Shown piece after piece: positions 17,354 through 24,067 of a stretch of DNA of 64,000 nucleotides. The DNA is from a virus. The DNA is taken from IMG/VR virus record IMGVR_UViG_3300023184_000033, positions 32,001-96,000 of that record; one strand, 5' to 3'. Each line of letters begins with the position of its first letter. Within the stretch, counting starts at the first letter, position 1. The notes below the pieces were generated by a model. The model worked only from the letters and a program-made list of their open reading frames with translations. It had not been told where the DNA came from and searched no databases. The position numbers and the translations under genes were made by a program.

Positions 17354-17426
17354 CGTCCCGTAGGGGATTCGAACCCCTGTGAATAGCGTGAAAGGCTACT
17401 ATCCTAGGCCTCTAGATGAACGGGAC
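17351..17426 (-). tRNA. tRNA-Glu(TTC)
   Basis: CT-TTC-AC loop. Confidence 0.93.
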
Positions 17427-17432
17427 AATATT

Positions 17433-17458
17433 AAATACAATCTAATTTTTAAAGAACA
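17433..17458 (-). promoter_or_regulatory. rrn-type boxA-like element, copy 2
   Basis: TGTTCTTTAAAAATTAGATTGTATTT just before tRNA-Glu; near-identical copy at 18543-18569. Confidence 0.7.
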
Positions 17459-17604
17459 TTTGCTAGTAATTTTTCAACTAGCGGCCTCGGGGATTCGATC
17501 CCTCTGCATTGCAATCAAGCACCAATGTTCCTCATTGGTTTTTGTGTTACCTGTGTTCCTCACAGGACTTGGTTGGATCAACTAATTTCTCAATCGATAC
17601 ACGT

Positions 17605-17632
17605 ATTATATACGAACCGGTTGGTTTGTCAA
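17605..17632 (-). promoter_or_regulatory. Internal sigma70 promoter of the tRNA array
   Basis: TTGACA-16 bp-TATAAT. Confidence 0.8.
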
Positions 17633-17679
17633 CCACTTTCTTGTTGTATTTTTACAACGTTGTTTTTATACAACATATA

Positions 17680-17757
17680 TGGAGGTGCAGGTGAGATTTG
17701 AACTCACGATTTTACAGTTTTGCAGGCTGTTGCCTTGGACCGCTCGGCCACTGCACC
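17680..17757 (-). tRNA. tRNA-Cys(GCA)
   Basis: CT-GCA-AA loop; U73. Confidence 0.92.
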
Positions 17758-17764
17758 ATATTTT

Positions 17765-17852
17765 TGGCAGAGAGTATGAGATTCGAACTCATGCACCGCT
17801 TTCGCAATGACGGTTTAGCAAACCGCTCCTTTAACCACTCAGGCAACTCTCT
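17765..17852 (-). tRNA. tRNA-Ser(GCT)
   Basis: TT-GCT-AA loop; long variable arm; G73. Confidence 0.92.
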
Positions 17853-17857
17853 AAACT

Positions 17858-18226
17858 TTATCCTTCTTTATTCAATGAAACACTTTCGGAATAGTAGCCG
17901 TTAGACTCACCATACCAACGAATGTCAACATAACCTTTGATAGTTGCTAGCTTGTAGAATGTCCATGTGAACGAATCTTGGTATTCTGATACTTCAGCAC
18001 CTTCTGGATTTTCATTGCTTGAAGATTCTTCAGCAACAAGCAATGGAACACCAATCAAGTCTTGAACATCACCAACAACGGACTCAACCGAAACAGATTC
18101 GCAACAATCTTGGTAATGGTACATGTTGTACACTTCACCATCAACAGTAACAAACTTAATGTTGTCACTGCCAACATCAACTTCTTTTAAAACTTTTCCT
18201 AGCAGAGATTCAAAATTTACGTACAT
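17858..18226 (-). CDS. Conserved phage hypothetical protein (QDCCESV / WYGESNGYYSE motifs)
   Basis: Start moved to MYVNF after AAGGA SD; the track start lies inside tRNA-Ser. Confidence 0.8.
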   Translation of the reverse strand: MYVNFESLLGKVLKEVDVGSDNIKFVTVDGEVYNMYHYQDCCESVSVESVVGDVQDLIGVPLLVAEESSSNENPEGAEVSEYQDSFTWTFYKLATIKGYVDIRWYGESNGYYSESVSLNKEG

Positions 18227-18245
18227 ATAATATCCTTTATAAAAA

Positions 18246-18337
18246 TGGCGGAAGACAGAGGAGTCGAACCCCATCCCATTTCTGAGAACCTGGTTTTCAA
18301 GGCCAGTCGCAGGACCATCCCCGCTGCATTATCTTCC
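18246..18337 (-). tRNA. tRNA-Ser(TGA)
   Basis: CT-TGA-AA loop; long variable arm; enlarged D-arm. Confidence 0.88.
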
Positions 18338-18339
18338 GT

Positions 18340-18470
18340 TGCCATATAGAAACTCTCTGTAGGATTTGCACCTAATTGTAACCTTATCTTCCTTGCAGGT
18401 TCTTGTATTGGTCGACTTTTACAAGTTTACTGTTTTCAAGTGTAGTTACACAGAGAGTTTTTATATGGCA
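18340..18470 (-). ncRNA. Unidentified structured RNA (about 130 nt) with a T-arm-like hairpin
   Basis: About 21-bp closing stem TGCCATATAAAAACTCTCTGT/ACAGAGAGTTTCTATATGGCA; TAGG-TGCAAAT-CCTA. Confidence 0.7.
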
Positions 18471-18539
18471 GGGGATACAAGAATCGAACTTGTACTAACA
18501 GATTCAAAGTCTGCTGTGCTACCACTACACAAATCCCCA
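18466..18539 (-). tRNA. tRNA-Gln(TTG), first tRNA of the array
   Basis: CT-TTG-AA loop. Confidence 0.92.
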
Positions 18540-18542
18540 ACA

Positions 18543-18569
18543 AAATACAATCTAATTTTTTAAAGAACA
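18543..18569 (-). promoter_or_regulatory. rrn-type boxA-like element, copy 1
   Basis: TGTTCTTTAAAAAATTAGATTGTATTT just before tRNA-Gln. Confidence 0.7.
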
Positions 18570-18576
18570 ATTTTGT

Positions 18577-18605
18577 ATTGTAACAGACACGATGGTCTTC
18601 GGCAA
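18577..18605 (-). promoter_or_regulatory. Weaker sigma70-like promoter downstream of the attenuator
   Basis: TTGCCG-17 bp-TACAAT. Confidence 0.55.
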
Positions 18606-18632
18606 TACATGGTGTTGTTTTTATGAAACACC

Positions 18633-18666
18633 AAACAAAAAACCCTTAGATGTTTAGTCTAAGGGT
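18633..18666 (-). terminator. Intrinsic terminator of the leader (attenuator)
   Basis: ACCCTTAGA-CTAAACA-TCTAAGGGT followed by TTTTTGTTT. Confidence 0.85.
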
Positions 18667-18721
18667 CTTGTGTTTAGAATCTTTTTAGAACTTTTTAGTT
18701 CATCCTCTCCACACAAAACCC
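18663..18721 (-). promoter_or_regulatory. Antiterminator stem, mutually exclusive with the terminator
   Basis: GGGTTTTGTGT (18711-18721) pairs 11/11 (one G-U) with ACACAAGACCC (18663-18673), which shares ACCC with the terminator. Confidence 0.75.
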
Positions 18722-18805
18722 GGCTGGCCATGGCATATCGGCACAATTAATACTTGTGCGATACTCTGACTGTAACGTAAAGGGTTTATGGGATATGAGA
18801 GACAC
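18695..18805 (-). CDS. Putative attenuator leader peptide (36 aa, all 20 amino acids)
   Basis: GTG start after GAAAG; MSLISHKPFTLQSEYRTSINCADMPWPAGFCVERMN. Confidence 0.7.
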   Translation of the reverse strand: MSLISHKPFTLQSEYRTSINCADMPWPAGFCVERMN

Positions 18806-18838
18806 TTTTTTCTTTCGATTAATTTAATTTATGTATGT

Positions 18839-18867
18839 ATTATATATGTATATATGAGGATTGGCAA
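18839..18867 (-). promoter_or_regulatory. sigma70 promoter of the leader/tRNA operon
   Basis: TTGCCA-17 bp-TATAAT. Confidence 0.8.
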
Positions 18868-18921
18868 GAGGTTTTATGGTTTTTTTGTAACTATTTGAAA
18901 TATGTTGTAAAAAAACAACAA

Positions 18922-19431
18922 TTACGGGTACTCTTTCCATCCTAGAGGTTCAATTTCCAACACAGGTGCATCTATGTTGTAGATTTCTTGGAACACTTCC
19001 CACAGTTTTTCTTTAATAGCAAACTTTGCAAAAAGGCCTGTCTCCATGCCGTGTGCTTCAACTTCCCAAGGACACAACCAGTAGTCTTCACCGGTTTGTC
19101 TTTGTCCTTTCCAGCGAGTCAAAGATTCGTTTGTTTCTCCGTAAGCAAACTGTTTGATGTGTACCATTTCATGTGCAATGGTCTTTAGAATATCCTTTGC
19201 GTTCATAAGAGAGTACACTTCAATTTCAAATTCTCTTGGTTTGTTGCTTTCGTTGCAATCAACTACATGAGCATAACCCATAGCATCCATAGTGTCGTTG
19301 AATTTGATTTTAATTGTCAGATTTTCTGCCATTTTATCAGACAACAATTCCTTAGCGTAAAACATGGTGGCACGCTTCACATAGGGGCGAAATCGTTCTT
19401 TGTCTGGACAACCAACAATACTTAGTTTCAT
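18922..19431 (-). CDS. Putative zinc metallopeptidase (HExxH)
   Basis: TIAHEMVHIKQ and PWEVEA. Confidence 0.78.
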   Translation of the reverse strand: MKLSIVGCPDKERFRPYVKRATMFYAKELLSDKMAENLTIKIKFNDTMDAMGYAHVVDCNESNKPREFEIEVYSLMNAKDILKTIAHEMVHIKQFAYGETNESLTRWKGQRQTGEDYWLCPWEVEAHGMETGLFAKFAIKEKLWEVFQEIYNIDAPVLEIEPLGWKEYP

Positions 19432-19497
19432 TTGGCACCTAAAATAGTAGTTAATTATATTTATTTACTATCGAGTTTGTGTGCTAATAATTTCACC

Positions 19498-19938
19498 TTA
19501 TGAAACGTGTACTATCTCTACTCCACACTTCCCTAAGAAGGTTAAACCATCTTCATTTCGATAATGTTCACCAAAGTATACTTTTTTAATTCCGGATGTA
19601 AAGATTTGTTTTGCACAATCAATACATGGTGCATGAGTTAAAAACATGTCTGCACCATCACCAGACTCCGTTGACTTGGCTAATTTTGCAATTGCATTGG
19701 CTTCCGCATGAATGACTTCTGGTTTAGTTTTATATTCGTAACGACCAAATTCATCATCACCAATACGAACTAGATTTTCACATTCATTTGTCCAACCAGG
19801 AGGCATTCCATTATAACCAATACTCAATACTCTATTGTCTTTAACAACAATTGCACCAACTTTGAGTCTTATAGCTGTAGACAGAGATGCATAAATCTGA
19901 GCCACCTTCATGTGTGCATCAATAAACTTTTGTTTCAC
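19498..19938 (-). CDS. cd: dCMP deaminase
   Basis: GYNG, HAEANA, PCIDC. Confidence 0.93.
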   Translation of the reverse strand: MKQKFIDAHMKVAQIYASLSTAIRLKVGAIVVKDNRVLSIGYNGMPPGWTNECENLVRIGDDEFGRYEYKTKPEVIHAEANAIAKLAKSTESGDGADMFLTHAPCIDCAKQIFTSGIKKVYFGEHYRNEDGLTFLGKCGVEIVHVS

Positions 19939-20710
19939 CTAAAGCCTCTTTTGTTTTTGTCATGTCTGCCCGTGTATATTTTTGATACGAATTCTTCAAT
20001 TCTTCCGGCATTGGAGTATAATTCACAACAGATGGATATTTTTTACCGATCTCTGTAGCAACTTCTAAGAAACTCTTAGTGGTTCCTGTACCTAAATTAA
20101 AAAGTCCACTCTGTTCAGTTTTCATGAACATTAAATGATATTGAACAATCTCACTCACATGAATAAAGTCTCTGTAATATAAATTTGACATGTCAAATAT
20201 TTTTATTTTTCCGTTAAGTTTAGCTTGTTGTGTAAACTTGTGATATGGACTTGCTTGGTCACCTTTGTGTTCTTCACCTTCTGGTCCATACACATTAAAA
20301 TACCTGAATATCTGTGTTCTGGCACCCATTGGATGACGTTCAATATATCTTTCACTAAGATACTTAGACCACGCATAAGGTGTTCTTGGATCAACCAAGG
20401 CATCTTCTCTAAATGAACTTACTAATCCATAAACACTCGCAGAACTAGAGAATTGAAAGTTTACACCATAAGTTTTGCAAGAACCATAGAGTTGTCTAGT
20501 AAAATCATAATTTTGTCTCATTACTTTTTCAACATCACGTTCGGTTGTAGAACTAATGGCACCCATATGAATAACCCAATCTTGTTCCATAACACTAGGC
20601 ATGTTGCCATCATCCCAATCAAAAGTAGAAACGTTATGTCCTTCTTTCTCTAAGGCAACCAACATGTGTTGGCCAATAAAGCCTTTGTGACCAGTTAATA
20701 GTATGTTCAT
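19919..20710 (-). CDS. hldD: ADP-L-glycero-D-manno-heptose 6-epimerase
   Basis: TGHKGFIG, HMGAISSTT, YAWSK, RYFNVYGP..EHKG, YQKYTRAD. Confidence 0.88.
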   Translation of the reverse strand: MNILLTGHKGFIGQHMLVALEKEGHNVSTFDWDDGNMPSVMEQDWVIHMGAISSTTERDVEKVMRQNYDFTRQLYGSCKTYGVNFQFSSSASVYGLVSSFREDALVDPRTPYAWSKYLSERYIERHPMGARTQIFRYFNVYGPEGEEHKGDQASPYHKFTQQAKLNGKIKIFDMSNLYYRDFIHVSEIVQYHLMFMKTEQSGLFNLGTGTTKSFLEVATEIGKKYPSVVNYTPMPEELKNSYQKYTRADMTKTKEALGETKVY

Positions 20711-21261
20711 TTCCACATCCAAATCCATTGATAACCATCATAGATTCTTTCGTTACCGATAAGATCCATATATTGTTTGATATAGTAACCTTTGCCTTTA
20801 TTTCCAAAGTTATCATCAACAACGACCATAGTCTTTTCTGTTAACGAAGGACAAATTGCTAGCAATTCAAAAATGTGATGTAAAGAACTTTCGTGTTCTA
20901 TACCTTCATAGAAATCATAACTATCCAAATACAACAAATCAATTTTTTCATCTTTGTTAAATTGTTTGAGAAAAGCAACAGAATCTGATAATACAATATT
21001 TGTATTTGTATTTGTTACTTGTGTTTTAGCAAATATAACATTTGTTGGTGAGTTGTCAACTGAATAGAATCTTCCACCATTTTCATTCAAGTATTGGTCA
21101 AAAATTTCTGTGCTACAACCAGCACCATAATCTTCAGCTTCTCTAATGCAACCAGTTTCTACAATCAAAGGATTATGAATACCCTTTAAATGATTTACCA
21201 TCAGTTGAAAAGATGGTGTTCGTTGCCTTGTTAATTCTAAATGTTGTTCTACTGTTTTCAT
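20707..21261 (-). CDS. Class I SAM-dependent methyltransferase-like protein
   Basis: IVETG, IDLLYLDS, VVDD..GKG. Confidence 0.7.
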   Translation of the reverse strand: MKTVEQHLELTRQRTPSFQLMVNHLKGIHNPLIVETGCIREAEDYGAGCSTEIFDQYLNENGGRFYSVDNSPTNVIFAKTQVTNTNTNIVLSDSVAFLKQFNKDEKIDLLYLDSYDFYEGIEHESSLHHIFELLAICPSLTEKTMVVVDDNFGNKGKGYYIKQYMDLIGNERIYDGYQWIWMWK

Positions 21262-21617
21262 TTTTGACTATCACCTTTCATAACACGATAATTATCTTCA
21301 ACAGAATCTGGTGTAGAAACTTCAATAATAGTTCCTGTTTCATCACAGATGATTTGATGTGGTAATAGTGGTGGATTATGCCACACATCACCACGTTTTA
21401 ATTTAACTTCATCCATCTCAGCATTTTTTGTATTGATTACTTTAACAGTAAATTCACCATCAAGTACATACCACGTTTCATCTTTCTCTGCATGGAAATG
21501 CATGGAGAATTTTGCACCTTTACGGAAGTTCAATAACTTGCCGCAGTATTTGTCAGTTGAGGCCCAAATCAATTCATTGCCCCAACCTTTTTCAACGAAA
21601 CCATTTAATCTAGTCAT
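21258..21617 (-). CDS. Cupin-fold sugar isomerase-like protein
   Basis: KGWG.E, SMHFHAEKDETW, EVSTPD. Confidence 0.8.
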   Translation of the reverse strand: MTRLNGFVEKGWGNELIWASTDKYCGKLLNFRKGAKFSMHFHAEKDETWYVLDGEFTVKVINTKNAEMDEVKLKRGDVWHNPPLLPHQIICDETGTIIEVSTPDSVEDNYRVMKGDSQK

Positions 21618-22375
21618 AGAATTTCCTCTAACTTTGGTGCATAGACACCCATATGTTGTACTGTCAATGATGAAGCTTTCATTGCTAGTTTAATTGCTTC
21701 TTCAATGTTATTATATTTTAGATAACCAAAAGTTAGTGCAGATAGAAATGTATCACCAGCACCAGTCACATCAACTACCTCAACAAGGTGAGAACCAAAA
21801 ATACAGTTGTCATATCTGACACCTTTATCACCCAATGTAACAATCAATTTATGTGCAAATGTATTACTAGTTACCTTGCTAAATTCTAACTCATTTATTT
21901 TAACAAAGCAACCATCAAAACGCTTTAAATCGGTTTTCTTTGTATCAACAAAAATAGGACCTTTAAATTCTTTACGAATTTCTTCTACCACTTCGTAAGA
22001 GATTGTGCCTTTGTTGTAATCTGAAACAACAATTGCATCATATAATTTTGGAATTTCGGTGGCGAATACCAATGGGTCACATTGAACATCATCATCAATA
22101 CGAACGATGTGTTGTTTACTTTTTAAATCTATCAATCTTGTTTTGCACGAAATACCATTACTCAGAAATGTAACTTTACATCCAAGTGCTTCAAGGTTTT
22201 CTTTAACGTTTGCAGCCATTCCAGGTTTTGTTTCCTCATGTGAGAACTTGAAAACTGGAACTGGTGCTTCGGGACTGATACGTTCAACTGTACCGTATTG
22301 ATACACATCTAGGCAATCATCGCCTATCAGTAATATGTTGAATGATTTTTGTGGTTGAGTGTTTGGTATGTTCAT
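21614..22375 (-). CDS. hldA: HldE-type heptose-7-phosphate kinase domain (PfkB family)
   Basis: RISPEAPVPV, SDYNKG, DVTGAGDTF. Confidence 0.88.
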   Translation of the reverse strand: MNIPNTQPQKSFNILLIGDDCLDVYQYGTVERISPEAPVPVFKFSHEETKPGMAANVKENLEALGCKVTFLSNGISCKTRLIDLKSKQHIVRIDDDVQCDPLVFATEIPKLYDAIVVSDYNKGTISYEVVEEIRKEFKGPIFVDTKKTDLKRFDGCFVKINELEFSKVTSNTFAHKLIVTLGDKGVRYDNCIFGSHLVEVVDVTGAGDTFLSALTFGYLKYNNIEEAIKLAMKASSLTVQHMGVYAPKLEEIL

Positions 22376-22718
22376 AAAATATTATTTCACCGCAATGTTC
22401 TTCACCAATTATTGGCTTGTTACGATAGTCACTTCCTTTTACCATAATATCAGGTTCATATAATTGAATCATGAGTTCCAAATCTTCATCGGTACCGAAC
22501 AGTTTAACTTCATCGACACCTTTTAATCTAGATAACATGAATCTTCTATCTTCTTGATTATTTATTGGCCGTGTAGGACCTTTTAATCGACCAACTCTAA
22601 GGTCTGTATCTATTGCCACCAAAAGATAATCACCTAGACTTGCCGCATATTCGAGCATTTCTAGGTGACCACGATGTAAAATATCGAAAGTGCCATTAAC
22701 GAATATTTTTTTAGACAT
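22317..22718 (-). CDS. hldC: HldE-type heptose-1-phosphate adenylyltransferase domain
   Basis: NGTFDILHRGH, LKGPTRPIN, VKGSDY, STTKII. Confidence 0.88.
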   Translation of the reverse strand: MSKKIFVNGTFDILHRGHLEMLEYAASLGDYLLVAIDTDLRVGRLKGPTRPINNQEDRRFMLSRLKGVDEVKLFGTDEDLELMIQLYEPDIMVKGSDYRNKPIIGEEHCGEIIFYEHTKHSTTKIIQHITDRR

Positions 22719-22719
22719 T

Positions 22720-22926
22720 TCAAGTTTTATTCAGAATATTCCGGACAACTTTATCTTTTACCATATCAGGAATAGTTAGATATGGCCACTCTAAAAAGAA
22801 TGGACAAATATTTTGCCATCGGTTGTTCTTCAAAAAATATCCAAATTCTTTAAGGTCTTTTTTAGAATTAGGATCAAAACTCCTGCGTCTAGTTAAAATC
22901 TCTTGGTTAATTTTATTCAATATCAT
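22720..22926 (-). CDS. Hypothetical protein
   Basis: 68 aa, coupled to neighbours; CPFFLEWPY. Confidence 0.7.
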   Translation of the reverse strand: MILNKINQEILTRRRSFDPNSKKDLKEFGYFLKNNRWQNICPFFLEWPYLTIPDMVKDKVVRNILNKT

Positions 22927-23132
22927 TTCACGGCCTCTAAAGAATCTTTACGCAAATAATGTAATTGTTGAGTTCTATCTTGTGATGGCATAAATTTTGT
23001 CACAGGAAGAAAAGTCACACCATCAATCTCATTGGGTTCCCAATGTGTATAGGTGTAGAAAACCTCTCCTGAGCCATTACGCACACGATACTTCTTCAAT
23101 ACGGGTTTGAATTGTGGTTTAGAATTTTTCAT
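22923..23132 (-). CDS. Hypothetical protein
   Basis: 69 aa directly after a consensus promoter. Confidence 0.7.
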   Translation of the reverse strand: MKNSKPQFKPVLKKYRVRNGSGEVFYTYTHWEPNEIDGVTFLPVTKFMPSQDRTQQLHYLRKDSLEAVK

Positions 23133-23141
23133 AATGTATAT

Positions 23142-23176
23142 ATTATATCAAATAAAAAGGGCTCTGTCAAGAGCCC
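23142..23176 (-). promoter_or_regulatory. Fused terminator and sigma70 promoter
   Basis: GGGCTC-TTGACA-GAGCCC-TTTTT hairpin whose loop is the -35 box; TATAAT 17 bp downstream. Confidence 0.82.
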
Positions 23177-23182
23177 CTAAGG

Positions 23183-23263
23183 TTATTTGCCTTTTGTTTG
23201 GAAACGTTCCGGATGATTGAGGCGTTCCCACTCCTCATCGGATACGGGCCACCAGTACATCAT
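23183..23263 (-). CDS. 26-aa peptide coupled to hsp20
   Basis: MMYWWPVSDEEWERLNHPERFQTKGK; ATGA overlap with the hsp20 stop; ends at the terminator. Confidence 0.55.
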   Translation of the reverse strand: MMYWWPVSDEEWERLNHPERFQTKGK

Positions 23264-23697
23264 TCACCGCCTTTGATACCAATTTTCTTGATAGCGTCTT
23301 GGGTTTTGACAATGTTTTCCAACCAAACTTTAAGCATACCATTAACCATTTCGGCATCTTTGATTTCTACCTTATCGTTCAAGGTAAAAACACGTTCAAA
23401 TGCACGATTGGCAATTCCTTGGAACAAGAAGGTTTCATCTTCAGAGTCCTTAGTTGTGCCTTTGATAGAGAGTTTGTTGCCATCCATGGTAACTTCAATA
23501 TCAGATTTTGCAAAACCTGCAACAGCCATTTCGATAACGTATTTGTTATCTTTGACTTGTTTGATATTGTATGGAGGATAGCCCATTGCTTTAGAAGCAG
23601 TTTCTGTGGCTTTACGTAGTGTATTGATGGTATCTTCATAACCAATAAATTGGCTAAAAATATCTTTACCTAAAAAATCTTTCATTAAATATGTCAT
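23260..23697 (-). CDS. hsp20: Small heat-shock protein (Hsp20/IbpA-like)
   Basis: YPPYNI, EMAVAGF, GIANRAFERVFTL, NGML. Confidence 0.95.
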   Translation of the reverse strand: MTYLMKDFLGKDIFSQFIGYEDTINTLRKATETASKAMGYPPYNIKQVKDNKYVIEMAVAGFAKSDIEVTMDGNKLSIKGTTKDSEDETFLFQGIANRAFERVFTLNDKVEIKDAEMVNGMLKVWLENIVKTQDAIKKIGIKGGE

Positions 23698-23707
23698 TTT
23701 TCACCCC

Positions 23708-23917
23708 TCACTTAGTAAATAATTTAGAAACAACAGTTTGTGCGGCCAAACCAGAAACTTCCCAGGCAGATTTTGCAATCTGTTTGGTGAATACTGTTTG
23801 TGCTTCAACAAATTGTTGTAGTGGTGCTTTGACAGCTTTGTCTTGAATGAAAGTGTCCAACCAAGTAGTTTTATTTGATTGAATGGCGTCAATAGCCATG
23901 TTTGCATAGAATAGCAT
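23708..23917 (-). CDS. Hypothetical amphipathic helical protein
   Basis: 69 aa with AAGGAG SD; first gene of the hsp20 unit. Confidence 0.7.
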   Translation of the reverse strand: MLFYANMAIDAIQSNKTTWLDTFIQDKAVKAPLQQFVEAQTVFTKQIAKSAWEVSGLAAQTVVSKLFTK

Positions 23918-23923
23918 AGTTTG

Positions 23924-23940
23924 CTCCTTAATTAAGCGAG
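23924..23940 (-). promoter_or_regulatory. ROSE-like RNA thermometer hairpin
   Basis: CTCGCTT-AATT-AAGGAG: U(U/C)GCU motif paired with the SD, bulged G. Confidence 0.6.
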
Positions 23941-23975
23941 TTAAAATTTGTCACCCCGAAGGCATGACGGTATTT

Positions 23976-24067
23976 CCAGGTTACCTTATCTGGTCCAAAT
24001 TATCGTATTGGAGGTGTAATTACACGGACGCCTTTTACCGTAGCATCAAACAGCCCTAAGGTGGGCC
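23976..24067 (-). ncRNA. Structured RNA with potential kissing loops
   Basis: Hairpin loops ACCTTA and TAAGGT are complementary; three more hairpins between them; TATAAATA at 24079-24086. Confidence 0.6.

Noticed and set aside
18246-18337. Possible selenocysteine tRNA (GGAAGAT 5' end, large D-arm)
   Set aside because: The anticodon reads TGA (Ser), not TCA, and the acceptor stem is 7 bp.
12513-18563. Track ORFs overlapping tRNAs (e.g. 12513..12710, 13421..13738, 16721..16951)
   Set aside because: Shadows of tRNA genes with no SD or protein motifs.
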